Assembly: GCA_963804645.1 (NCBI GenBank)
Contig: CAWDRG010000017.1
Location: forward strand, 576,001 to 640,000
DNA from: an uncultured Bacillota bacterium
Lineage (GTDB): Bacteria; Sysuimicrobiota; Sysuimicrobiia; Sysuimicrobiales; Segetimicrobiaceae
DNA: 64,000 bases
Direction: 5' to 3'
The notes below the pieces were generated by a model. That model saw only the letters and a list, made by a program, of their open reading frames with translations. It was not told the origin of the DNA and did not search any database. This document shows positions 20,173 to 29,674 of the stretch, one piece after another (position 1 is the first letter of the stretch; each line of letters starts with the position of its first letter). A program made the translations under genes and the position numbers.

Positions 20173-21294
20173 CTAACGGTCGGTGCGGTACCGCGTCACA
20201 ATCTCCTCGTTCAACTCGACCCCCAACCCCGGGCCCTGCGGGATCCGCACGGTCCCGTGCGACACCACGAGATCGCTGCGCGCCAGCTCCCGGCGCAGCG
20301 GCGACTCGGCCACCGAGTACTCCACGAAGGGGACCGCGGGCAGCGTGGCGGCGAAGTGCACCGACGCCGCGACCAGAATCTCCGACTTCCACGCGTGCGG
20401 CACCAACAGCGCGTGGTGGGACGCGGCAAGATCCGCGATCCGGCGCCCCTGGGTGAACCCGCCCGCGCGCGCGAGGTCGGGCTGGATCACGTCGACGCGG
20501 CCGATCTCCAGGAGGTCGTGGAACGCGCTCGCCAGCGACTCCTGCTCGCCCGTCGCGATCCGCGTGCCCCGCGAGGCCGCGGTCAGGCGCGCCCACCCGT
20601 CCAGGTCGTCGCTCGCGAGCGCCTCCTCGAGCCAGAACGGCGCGTACTCGTGAAACGCGTCGAGGCGGCGCACCGCCTCCCGCAGCGTCCACGCCGCCCC
20701 GGCGTCGACGAGCAGCGCGGCGTCACCGATCGCCCTCCGCGCCTCCCGCACGAGCGCCACATCGGTCGCGAGATCCGGCCCCATCGGTCCCCAGCCGAAC
20801 TTCACCGCCCGGTAGCCCTGCGAGACGTAGCGCTGCGCGCGCTCCCGCATCCGCGCGTGGTCCGCCTCGAACAGCATGCTGGCGTAGAGGGGCAGCGTCT
20901 CGCGGCGCGCTCCGCCGAGCAGCGTGTGAATCGGCTGCCCGAGCGCCTTGCCTTTGATGTCCCACAGCGCGAGGTCGACCGCGGAGATCGCCTGCACGGC
21001 GACGCCGCCGCGCCCCATCCACAGCGTGCCGTCGTACATCTTGTCCCACAGGCGCTCGGTGTGCAGCGGATCTTCGCCGACCAGCATGCTCGCGAGCCCG
21101 CGCGACCGCCACCACGACTCGGGCGCGTCCACGAGCGCCTTCACGACGCTCGGCGACGAATCGGCCTCCCCGATCCCGGTGATCCCCTCGTCGGTGTGCA
21201 CGCGCACGATCACGTCGTCCTGGATCCCGTCCGCGATCGTCGCATCGAGCTCCGGAAGCCTGAGCGGGATCGCCTCGACCTTGGTGATCTTCAT
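20173..21294 (-). CDS. Mandelate racemase/muconate lactonizing enzyme family (acid-sugar dehydratase-like)
   Basis: SAVDLALWDIKGK, KFGWG, LLVDAG, WLEE, ATGE, QPD, VPH. Confidence 0.9.
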   Translation of the reverse strand: MKITKVEAIPLRLPELDATIADGIQDDVIVRVHTDEGITGIGEADSSPSVVKALVDAPESWWRSRGLASMLVGEDPLHTERLWDKMYDGTLWMGRGGVAVQAISAVDLALWDIKGKALGQPIHTLLGGARRETLPLYASMLFEADHARMRERAQRYVSQGYRAVKFGWGPMGPDLATDVALVREARRAIGDAALLVDAGAAWTLREAVRRLDAFHEYAPFWLEEALASDDLDGWARLTAASRGTRIATGEQESLASAFHDLLEIGRVDVIQPDLARAGGFTQGRRIADLAASHHALLVPHAWKSEILVAASVHFAATLPAVPFVEYSVAESPLRRELARSDLVVSHGTVRIPQGPGLGVELNEEIVTRYRTDR

Positions 21295-21309
21295 GGCGCC
21301 TCCCGCCGC

Positions 21310-22470
21310 CTACCAGTCCGCGACCGAGCCGTCGTCGTGGAAGTAGCGCAGGAGCGGCTCCTGCGCCATCGGATGCTTGGCCGCTTCGCGCTCGTCGATC
21401 TCCAGCCCGAGGCCGGGACGCGTCGGCGCGAGCGCGTAGCCGCCGGCGCGTCCGAGCGGCTCGTCCACGATGTCATCCCGCCACGGGACATCCGAGCGCA
21501 TCTGCTCCTGAATCAGGAAGTTCGGGGTGGACAGCGCGACGTGCAGCGCCGCCGCCTGGGCGATCGGCCCGGCGGGATTGTGGGGCGCCACGGCGACGTA
21601 GTAGGTCTCGGCCATCGCCGCGATCCGCTTGATCTCCGAGAGCCCGCCGCAGTGCCCGACGTCCGCCTGCACCACGGCGCACGCGCGCTGCTCCAGCAGC
21701 GGCCGAAACTGGAACCGGGTCGTGAGGCGCTCGCCCGTCGCCACGGGACACGGCTGCTGGCGCGCGACTTCGGCCATCGCCTCCACGTTCTCCGGCGGAC
21801 ACGGCTCCTCGATGAACAGCGGCGCGTAGGGGGCGACCGCCCGGCCGTACTGGATGCCCATCGCCGGCGACGTGCGCCCGTGGAAATCCAGCATGATGTC
21901 CACGCCGTCGCCGACCGCCTCCCGGAGCGTCCCCATCAGCCGGTCGAGCAGACGGACCGGCCCGGGGCCTTCGAGCGGCCCGGTCCGCGGGACGAACACC
22001 GCCTTGACCGCGGTAAACCCCTCGGCCACCGACGCCTGCGCGTGCTCGGCGACCGCGTCGGGGGTAAACGTCTCGTAGACGGCGTCGGGCGCGCCGCCGC
22101 CGAGGTGATCGTACAGCCGCACCCGGTCGCGCACCGCGCCCCCCAGGAGTTGATAGACCGGGACCCCGCGCACCTTGCCCGCGATGTCCCAGAGCGCCTG
22201 GTCGATGCCGCTGAGCGCGCTCATCGCGACGATCCCCCCGCGGAAGAACGCCTGCCGGCTCATGACCTGCCAGAGATGCTCCGTCCGCAGCGGGTCCTGC
22301 CCCACCACAAACGGCGCGAAGTCTTCCACACAGGCGGCTACCGCGCGGGTCTTCCACTCCGTCGTGCACTCGCCCCAGCCGACGACGCCCTCGTCGGTCT
22401 CGACCTTCACGAAGATCCAATTCCGCATCCGGGCACCCACGACCACGGGCCGTACTGCGGCAATCCTCAC
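21310..22470 (-). CDS. dgoD: Galactonate dehydratase-like enolase-superfamily enzyme
   Basis: GTG start at 22470; NWIFVKVETDEGVVGWGE, SGIDQALWDI, DFHGR, FIEEP, ATGERL, APHNP, NFLIQE, DDGSVADW. Confidence 0.8.
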   Translation of the reverse strand: MRIAAVRPVVVGARMRNWIFVKVETDEGVVGWGECTTEWKTRAVAACVEDFAPFVVGQDPLRTEHLWQVMSRQAFFRGGIVAMSALSGIDQALWDIAGKVRGVPVYQLLGGAVRDRVRLYDHLGGGAPDAVYETFTPDAVAEHAQASVAEGFTAVKAVFVPRTGPLEGPGPVRLLDRLMGTLREAVGDGVDIMLDFHGRTSPAMGIQYGRAVAPYAPLFIEEPCPPENVEAMAEVARQQPCPVATGERLTTRFQFRPLLEQRACAVVQADVGHCGGLSEIKRIAAMAETYYVAVAPHNPAGPIAQAAALHVALSTPNFLIQEQMRSDVPWRDDIVDEPLGRAGGYALAPTRPGLGLEIDEREAAKHPMAQEPLLRYFHDDGSVADW

Positions 22471-22653
22471 GCTCTGCCCCCGTCCGGCCGGCGTCCGCGA
22501 ACGGCGCAGGGCGCGTCGCCGGACCTCGATCGATGGGTTCGCCCACGCGCAAATCGCCACCTCCCGCGCGCGCGGCAGGCGTTCACCCGCACCGCGACGA
22601 ACAGCGGTGCGGCGCGCCGGTCGACGGCGCAGCAGGCACTGGGGAGCGCGTGA

Positions 22654-23871
22654 ATGAGCCGGACGGCTGGGGGCACTCGCACGACGCGGTTCGACACGAT
22701 CATCGCCGGGGGACGCGTGCTCGACCCGGCGTCGAAGCTCGATGCCACGGCGGACGTCGGTATCGCCGACGGGAAGATCGCCGCGGTCGCGCCCGGGCTC
22801 AACCCGGCCGACGCGGCCCGCGTCGTGGACGCGCGCGGCCAGGTCGTCACCCCGGGACTGATCGATCTGCACACCCACGTGTACTGGGGCGCGACCTACT
22901 ACGGGGTCGAGCCCGACCCGGTCGCCGCGCGCACCGGGGTCACGACCTGGCTCGATGTCGGCAGCGCCGGCGCGTACGGCTTTCCGGGATTCCGGCGGTT
23001 CATCATCGAGCCGAGCCGGGCGACCGTGTACGCGCTGCTGAACCTCTCCGCGATCGGATTGATCGCGCGGTCGTGGGAGTTCGTGAACCTACGCTACTGC
23101 GACGCCGAGGTGGCCGAGAAGATCGTCGACGCGCACCGCGACGTCATCCTCGGCATCAAGGCCCGCATCGACCAGTCGACGACCGAAGGCGTCGGCATCC
23201 GGCCGCTCGAGATGGCGCGCGCCCTCGCCGACCGCGTGGGGCTCCCGCTGATGGTCCACATCGCCAGCGGGCCGCCGACGATCGAGGAGGTCCTCGCGCT
23301 CCTGCGGCCGGGGGACATCCTGACCCACTGCTCGACCGGCGGGACGCAGCGGATCGTCACCCCCTCCGGCTCGGTGCGCGAGGAAGTGAAGCAGCTGCAC
23401 GACCGGGGCCTGATCCTCGACGTCGGGCACGGCACCGGCTCGTTCAGTTATGAGGTCGCGGAGGCGATGCTGAACCAGGGGCTCCTGCCCGACGTCATCA
23501 GCAGCGACATCCATCAACTCAGCATTCAGGGGCCGATGTTCGACCTGCCGACGACGCTCTCCAAGTTCCTCAATCTGGGCATGAGCCTTCCGGACGTGAT
23601 CGAGCGCGCGACCGTGCGCCCGGCCCGGGCGATGCGCAAGCCCGAGCTCGGCACGCTGCGGCCCGGCGGGCGCGCCGACGTGGCGGTGTTCCGGCTCGAG
23701 CAGGGAGAGTACGCGTTCTACGACGTCGCGATGACCCGGCGGAACGGCTCGACGCGGCTGGTGAACACGCTCACGATGGTCGGCGGCGAACCGCTGGCGC
23801 GGACCGCGGAGCGTCCGGTCCACGTCTGGGCGACGCTGCCGGAGCACCAGCAGCGGATCCTGCAGCGCTAG
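22654..23871 (+). CDS. Amidohydrolase/deacetylase (dihydroorotase-like) metallohydrolase
   Basis: PGLIDLHTH, GIKAR, MVHI, GDILTH, DVGHGTGSF, ISSD. Confidence 0.88.
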   Translation: MSRTAGGTRTTRFDTIIAGGRVLDPASKLDATADVGIADGKIAAVAPGLNPADAARVVDARGQVVTPGLIDLHTHVYWGATYYGVEPDPVAARTGVTTWLDVGSAGAYGFPGFRRFIIEPSRATVYALLNLSAIGLIARSWEFVNLRYCDAEVAEKIVDAHRDVILGIKARIDQSTTEGVGIRPLEMARALADRVGLPLMVHIASGPPTIEEVLALLRPGDILTHCSTGGTQRIVTPSGSVREEVKQLHDRGLILDVGHGTGSFSYEVAEAMLNQGLLPDVISSDIHQLSIQGPMFDLPTTLSKFLNLGMSLPDVIERATVRPARAMRKPELGTLRPGGRADVAVFRLEQGEYAFYDVAMTRRNGSTRLVNTLTMVGGEPLARTAERPVHVWATLPEHQQRILQR

Positions 23872-23933
23872 CGTCCTCCCCGCGGGGGACGAGGCCGCCG
23901 CCGGGCTCTCGCCCGGGCGCCGGCCTTGTCACG

Positions 23934-24806
23934 TCACAGCGCCGAGAGCGCGGCAAACTCCTCATCGCTCAAGCGCACCGCCGCGGCCCCGATGTTCTCC
24001 TCGAGGTGGGCGATCGACGATGTCCCGGGAATCGGCAGCATCACCGGCGACCGCCTGAGCAGCCACGCCAGCGCCTCCTGGGCCGGCGTGACTCCTGGGG
24101 GCGGCGCGATCTCCTCCACGCGCCGGTCGCGCGGGGGCACGAACGCGCCGCTCGCCACCGGACGCCAGGGCAGGAACGCCAGCCCGTCCCGCGTGCACAC
24201 ATCAACGACGGGATCGGACGTCCGATCCGACAGATTGTAGCGGTTCTGCACCGACACCACGCGCGCCATGCTGCGGGCGACCGCAAGCTGCTCCGTGGTC
24301 ACGTTCGAGACGCCGATGTGCCGGATCTTGCCCAGGGACTGCGCGTGCACCAACGCGCCGAGTGACTCGTCGAGCGGGACCTTCGGGTCCACCCGGTGGA
24401 GCTGGTACAGGTCGATCCGCTCCAGCCGAAGGCGCCGCAGGCTCCCGTCCAGCGCCTCCCGGAGATGCTCGGGGCGGCCGTCGGGCACCCATCCGCCGCC
24501 GGGGGGGCGCAGCAGCCCGCCCTTGGTCGCGATCACCAGCCCGGGCGGATACGGATAGAGCGCCTCGGCGATCAACCGCTCTGAGACGGCCGGCCCGTAC
24601 GAGTCGGCGGTATCGATGAAGTTGACGCCGAGCTCGACGGCGCGCCGCAGGACCGCCTTGGCCTGCTCGAGATCAGGCGGCTCGCCGATGACGCCCGGAC
24701 CGGTGATCCGCATCGCCCCGTACCCAAGCCGGTGCACGATAAGATCGCCGATGGCGACGGTGCCCGCCGCCGCGGCGTTCGGCCGATCGCGATGCGTCGG
24801 CATCAC
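23934..24806 (-). CDS. Aldo/keto reductase
   Basis: RLGYGAMR, IDTADSYG, IATKGG, IDLYQLH, IGVSN, QNRYN, PIPGT. Confidence 0.93.
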   Translation of the reverse strand: MMPTHRDRPNAAAAGTVAIGDLIVHRLGYGAMRITGPGVIGEPPDLEQAKAVLRRAVELGVNFIDTADSYGPAVSERLIAEALYPYPPGLVIATKGGLLRPPGGGWVPDGRPEHLREALDGSLRRLRLERIDLYQLHRVDPKVPLDESLGALVHAQSLGKIRHIGVSNVTTEQLAVARSMARVVSVQNRYNLSDRTSDPVVDVCTRDGLAFLPWRPVASGAFVPPRDRRVEEIAPPPGVTPAQEALAWLLRRSPVMLPIPGTSSIAHLEENIGAAAVRLSDEEFAALSAL

Positions 24807-24807
24807 G

Positions 24808-25446
24808 TCAGCTCCGCCCCGTCGCGAGGACGCGCGCGGCGTCCCGGGCGTCGCGCGCGGTCATCGGCTTGTTGTAGATGGGGGAGCCCGGCTGCTGGAG
24901 CCGTCCGCCGTCCCGGAGCGAGCCGGTGTCGATCGGGGCGAACCCGATCTCCTCGATCAGCCGCGACACGACCGCCTTCGCGTCCGCGTCGTCCCCGGCC
25001 ACGAACAGCGCCAAGCGGTCGTCGACGGGACTCCCGGGCTGGCCCTTGGCGGCGAGGGTCTGGTAGAACATCGTGTTGAAGGCCTTCACGACGCGGGCGC
25101 CGCGCAGAGACTCGGCGACCAGTTCGCTCGACGTGCGCGGCCCCAGCGACAGATCGCCGTCCCGCTGCGGATAGTAGTTCATCGCGTCGATCACGATCTT
25201 GCCGGACAGCGCCGCGTCCGGCAGCGTCGTGTACTTCCCGAGCGGAATCGCGACGAGGACGACCTGCCCGAACCTCGCCGCCTCGTCGACGGTCCCCGCC
25301 CGCACCCCGGGGCCGAGCGCGGCGATCTGGGGTGCCAGCGACGCCGGTCCGCGGGAGTTGGCGATCATGACCTGATGGCCGGCCTTCGCGAACAGCGTCG
25401 CGGCCGTGCCGCCGATCTTGCCCGAGCCGATGATCCCGATATCCAC
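24808..25446 (-). CDS. NADPH-dependent F420 reductase-like dinucleotide-binding oxidoreductase
   Basis: GTG start; GIIGSGKIG, ANSRGP, IDAMNYYP, VVKAFN, GDD, DTGSL. Confidence 0.88.
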   Translation of the reverse strand: MDIGIIGSGKIGGTAATLFAKAGHQVMIANSRGPASLAPQIAALGPGVRAGTVDEAARFGQVVLVAIPLGKYTTLPDAALSGKIVIDAMNYYPQRDGDLSLGPRTSSELVAESLRGARVVKAFNTMFYQTLAAKGQPGSPVDDRLALFVAGDDADAKAVVSRLIEEIGFAPIDTGSLRDGGRLQQPGSPIYNKPMTARDARDAARVLATGRS

Positions 25447-25593
25447 GCGCGGCCCCCTCACTCTCGTCGTGCCGTTTGCCTGCATAACGCGCGCCGCCTC
25501 CATTCCATGCCCCCTGGCGCGGCCCGCGGGCGCGCGGGAGAACGGCGGCCCGAGGGGGAACTCAGGCGTCGAGACGCACCGAGGAGGCGGGTC

Positions 25594-26586
25594 GTGGCCA
25601 CGATCAACTGGGGAGTACTCGGCGTCGCCAACATCGCGGTGCGCGCGGTGATTCCCGCACTCCAACGCGCTCGCAACGCCCGGCTCGTCGCGATCGCGAG
25701 CCGGACGGCGGCCCGGGCGCAGGAAGCCGCCCAGCGCCTCAAGATCCCGCGATCCCACGCGTCGTACGAGGCGCTGCTTGCGGACCCGGAGATCCAGGCG
25801 GTCTACATCCCGCTGCCCAACACGCTGCACTGCGAGTGGACCGTCCGATGCGCCGCGGCCGGGAAGCACGTGCTGTGCGAAAAGCCGCTCGCCGTCTCGG
25901 CGGCGGAGTGCGACGCGATGATCGCGGCCTGCCGGCGCCACGGGGTCGTTTTAATGGAAGCGTTCATGTACCGGTTCCATCCGCGCACCGAACGCGTCCT
26001 CGAGATCGTGCGCGCCGGCGGCATCGGCGACGTGCGGCTCGTGCGGGCGGCGTTCACGTTCGCGACGCGGGAACGGCGCGGCAACATTCGGTTCGACCCC
26101 GCGCTCGGCGGCGGCGCGCTCAATGACGTCGGGTGCTACGCGACGAACCTCTGCCGCGCCGTCCTGGGCGAGGCGAGCGAGGTCGTCGCGTTCGGCACGA
26201 TCGGGTCGACCGGGGTCGACGAGACGGCGGCCGGGCTGCTGCGGTGCGCCGACGGCCGCGTGGGCATGATCGACTGCGGCATCACCCTGCCCCGCCGCGA
26301 GACCTACGAGATCGTCGGAACGACGGGGCGCGTGGTGGTGCCGAATCCGGGCGCGTTCCTGCCCACGATGGCCGAGACGACGCTCGACATCGTGCGCGGA
26401 GCCGACCGGGACGTCGTCACGATCCCGGGCACGGACCAGTATCAGCGGATGGTGGAGCACTTCGGGGATGTCCTCTCCGGCGAGCGCCTCGCGCTGCCGC
26501 CGGACGACGCCGTCGCGAACGTGCGGACGATCGCGGCGCTGCGCGCCTCGCTGGAGCACGGCACACCCACGACGGTGACGGTGTAG
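25594..26586 (+). CDS. Gfo/Idh/MocA family oxidoreductase
   Basis: WGVLGVANIA, VYIPLPN, GKHVLCEKP, EAFMYRFHP, GGGALNDVGCY; RBS GAGGAGG. Confidence 0.93.
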   Translation: MATINWGVLGVANIAVRAVIPALQRARNARLVAIASRTAARAQEAAQRLKIPRSHASYEALLADPEIQAVYIPLPNTLHCEWTVRCAAAGKHVLCEKPLAVSAAECDAMIAACRRHGVVLMEAFMYRFHPRTERVLEIVRAGGIGDVRLVRAAFTFATRERRGNIRFDPALGGGALNDVGCYATNLCRAVLGEASEVVAFGTIGSTGVDETAAGLLRCADGRVGMIDCGITLPRRETYEIVGTTGRVVVPNPGAFLPTMAETTLDIVRGADRDVVTIPGTDQYQRMVEHFGDVLSGERLALPPDDAVANVRTIAALRASLEHGTPTTVTV

Positions 26587-26609
26587 CCGCCCCGCGGCCC
26601 AGGAGGCGG

Positions 26610-27506
26610 CTACCTCATCCGACGGCCGGCGGGGCGCGCGGCGCGGGACGGCGCCGGAACCGACGCCGGGTCGAATCCGACCCACTCGATCCCGGCCACT
26701 CCCTCAAAGCGCTTCGCCATGACTTCGAGGGCTTCCGGGTTGTTGTCCACGAGCACGAATCGTCTGCCGAGTTGGTACGCCGCCTCGCCCGTCGTGCCGC
26801 TGCCCGCGAAAAAGTCGAGCACCGTGTCGCCCGGGCGCGACGACGCGGTGACGATCCGCTTGAGAATCGCGAGCGGCTTCTGCGTGGGATAGCCGGTGCG
26901 CTCGCGCCCGGCCGTCGGCACGATCGTCTGCCACCACACGTCCGTGGGGAGCTTCCCGCGCGCCGCCTTCTCCGGTCCGACCAAGTTCGGGGCCATGTAC
27001 GGGAGACGATCGATGTCGGCGCCGTTGAACACGTAGCGCGCCGGGTTCTTGACGTAAAACAGGATGCTGTCGTGCTTGGCGGGCCACCGCCGAGGGCTGC
27101 GGCCGCCGAAATCATACGCCCAGATGATCTCGTTGAGAAAGCACGCCCGGCCGAACACCTCGTCCAGCAGGACCTTGCAGTAGTGCACTTCTCGGTAGTC
27201 GGTGTGAAAGTAAAACGATCCGTCGGGCGCGAGCACGCGGTGCGCTTCTCGCAGGCGCGGCGCCAGGAATCCGAGATAGTCGTCAAAGTCGTCGGCGAAG
27301 GCGCGGGTGCCGAGCTCGATCGTGGCATACCGCCGTCCCTGGAAGCCGATCCGGTCGCCGCGCTCGGACCGCACGGTCTTGATGCGGGTGCGGCGCTGCG
27401 TCTTCCGGGTGTTGAACGGCGGGTCGATGTAGATCAGCGGCACCGAGTCGGACGGCAGCCGTCGCAGCACCTCAAGGTTGTCGCCCGCGTACACCGCGTG
27501 GGTCAT
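26610..27506 (-). CDS. Site-specific DNA methyltransferase (N4-C/N6-A, beta class)
   Basis: Motif IV IYIDPPF precedes YPTQKP and motif I LDFFAGSGTT. Confidence 0.92.
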   Translation of the reverse strand: MTHAVYAGDNLEVLRRLPSDSVPLIYIDPPFNTRKTQRRTRIKTVRSERGDRIGFQGRRYATIELGTRAFADDFDDYLGFLAPRLREAHRVLAPDGSFYFHTDYREVHYCKVLLDEVFGRACFLNEIIWAYDFGGRSPRRWPAKHDSILFYVKNPARYVFNGADIDRLPYMAPNLVGPEKAARGKLPTDVWWQTIVPTAGRERTGYPTQKPLAILKRIVTASSRPGDTVLDFFAGSGTTGEAAYQLGRRFVLVDNNPEALEVMAKRFEGVAGIEWVGFDPASVPAPSRAARPAGRRMR

Positions 27507-27561
27507 CGCTCAGGGCTCCCGCCCGGCAGCGCGAGACACACCCGCCGCGGCGGACCGCGAA

Positions 27562-29547
27562 CTAAGTCGCCACATCTGGCGGGGGCGTCGTCACGGGGGA
27601 CGCACCGGACGTCCCTCCGGGACCCGCGCGGCTGGACGCGGCGGGCACAACGCCGCTGAGGTGGGTCAGGGGTCTCGTGCCGTCGTCGGGGCGGTCGTAC
27701 GCGACGCCCTTCAGGTACAGATCGAAGAAATCCCGCATGTCGCGGAGCAATCGCCTGACGTTGGCCCGTGCCGTGACGTAGTACGTTTCCCCCTGGTAGA
27801 CCTTGTACCAGAACGGCTTGTAGTACGCCTCGAGCGCCAACGCAAAGAATCGGGCCTGCGGCGACCCCGGGTACTTGCCTTCGCCGTGCACGACAAAACA
27901 CGGCGTCGCCGCCCGCCGGACATGCAGCAGGGATGAGCACCGCCGGTAGACGTCCTCGTTCTCGTCGAGCCGTCCCAGCTTGTACTCGAGTTGCTTCACG
28001 TGGCGCAGTTCCTCGGTGCCGCTTCGGACCCGGTAGATGAAGTCGCAGTAGCCGGAGCACGGGACCGCCGCCTGAAATGCCCCGGGCGGGGCGAACGCCA
28101 CCGCCGCCATCGTCATGGTCCCGCCGTAACTGTTTCCGGTGATGCCGATGTGCTCGGCGTCGACCTCCGGCAGGCCCCGCAGGTACTCGGCGCCCGCGAT
28201 CGCATCGCGCAGGTCCCCGTGGCCCCAATCCTTCCGGTTGAGATCTTCGAACGCCCGCCCGTATCCCGAGCTGCCCCGGACGTTCGGCAGCAGCACGACG
28301 TACCCCGCGTCGACGAAATACTGTACCTGGGGCTGGAACGTATCCATGAACTGGCTCGTCGGGCCGCCGTGAATCCACAGCAGACCGGGACACGCGCGGC
28401 CCCGGTTCGCCGGCCGGTACAGGTACGCGTGGATCGTCCGCCCGTCAAACGTCGGGTACGCGATCTTGTCGGGCGCCGCGAGACGGCCTTCCACGCCTCC
28501 CCCGAGCATCGAGCGCGTCAGCGGCCGGGCCTGGCCGTCCGCGACGCTCACCACCCACACATCGTTGGGCGTGAGCGGCGTGCCGAACAGATAACTCAGC
28601 CGCGTGCCGTCCGGCGACCAGGCGGGGGCGGTGCACACCCCCATCGTCGGGGCCACGAGCGCACGGGGAGCTCCCCCATCGATGGGCGCGATGCGCAGCT
28701 CCACCGTGCCGTTGTGGTTTTCCGTGTAGGCGACGAACCGACCATCGGGGGACCAGACCGCGTCATTTTGATCCGCCTCGGCCGGCGCCACCCGCCGAGG
28801 ATCCCCGCCGTCGACCGGCGCGGCCCAGATGTTGATCCAGCCGCTTCGCTGCGAGCGGAACAGAAACGTCCGCCCGTCCGGAGATACGCGGGGATGGCCA
28901 AACGCGCTGCCGTAATGATAGTCGAAGAAGTCGGTGTCGCGCAGGACGAGCCTCGGATCGGTCCCATCGGCGTTGATCAGGATCACGTCGTGATCGGTCC
29001 ACGCCTCGTTCAGCCGGACATACAGGATGCGCCCGTCCGGGGTGAACGCCGGATACGTCTCGTAGCGGGCGTCCCCGGTGAGCCGGCGGGCATCGCCGGC
29101 CGGCACCGTCACGCGCACGACGTCAAACGTTCCGCTGGCGTTGGAGGCGACCGCGAGCGCGCGTCCGTCGGGCGCCCAGGCGAACGTTTCGATGCGGCCG
29201 CCGAGCCTGGTCAGCTGCCGCTCGCCGGACCCGTCCGCGGGCCACAGCCAGATCTCGTCCGCACCCGTCTTCGCCGACACGTACGCGATGTATTCGCCGG
29301 TGGGCGACCACTGCGGTCTGGCAAGCGCCAGATGCCCGACGCCGCCCATCCCCACCGTCAGTCGGACCGGCGGGCCTCCGGCCGGAGAGACGCTCCACAA
29401 CTCGGCGGGACCGCCGAGGCCGGATGTGAAGACGACCGCGGTTCCGTCCGGCGCCCACTGCGGCGTCTCGGTCCCACCGACGGCCTGCAGCACCAGCAGG
29501 TGGTCCACCGACACGCCCGTCGGCCCGCCGACGCGTTCACTCCTCAC
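27562..29547 (-). CDS. S9 family peptidase-like protein (PD40 beta-propeller plus alpha/beta hydrolase)
   Basis: Repeated WSPDG motifs, IHGGP, NVRGSSGYG, GNSYGG. Confidence 0.88.
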   Translation of the reverse strand: MRSERVGGPTGVSVDHLLVLQAVGGTETPQWAPDGTAVVFTSGLGGPAELWSVSPAGGPPVRLTVGMGGVGHLALARPQWSPTGEYIAYVSAKTGADEIWLWPADGSGERQLTRLGGRIETFAWAPDGRALAVASNASGTFDVVRVTVPAGDARRLTGDARYETYPAFTPDGRILYVRLNEAWTDHDVILINADGTDPRLVLRDTDFFDYHYGSAFGHPRVSPDGRTFLFRSQRSGWINIWAAPVDGGDPRRVAPAEADQNDAVWSPDGRFVAYTENHNGTVELRIAPIDGGAPRALVAPTMGVCTAPAWSPDGTRLSYLFGTPLTPNDVWVVSVADGQARPLTRSMLGGGVEGRLAAPDKIAYPTFDGRTIHAYLYRPANRGRACPGLLWIHGGPTSQFMDTFQPQVQYFVDAGYVVLLPNVRGSSGYGRAFEDLNRKDWGHGDLRDAIAGAEYLRGLPEVDAEHIGITGNSYGGTMTMAAVAFAPPGAFQAAVPCSGYCDFIYRVRSGTEELRHVKQLEYKLGRLDENEDVYRRCSSLLHVRRAATPCFVVHGEGKYPGSPQARFFALALEAYYKPFWYKVYQGETYYVTARANVRRLLRDMRDFFDLYLKGVAYDRPDDGTRPLTHLSGVVPAASSRAGPGGTSGASPVTTPPPDVAT

Positions 29548-29674
29548 GCGTGCCCCCTATCCCAATACCGACCGGCCGCGGTCAATGACACCGGGGACCC
29601 GATCGATCACTCGGCGCGCCCGGTCGCGAACCTCCCCGGCACTCGCGGCACACCGATCATGCCGCGCGCGCAGG

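Noticed and set aside
19825..22653. Very long ORFs antisense to real genes (942 aa here; also 15846-18065 and 8104-10113)
   Set aside because: Shadow ORFs typical of high-GC DNA; the opposite strand carries recognisable enzymes.
24376..24392. Possible fourth repeat copy (GGACCTTCGGGTCC)
   Set aside because: It lies inside the AKR coding sequence (VDPKVP) and lacks the flanking conserved bases.
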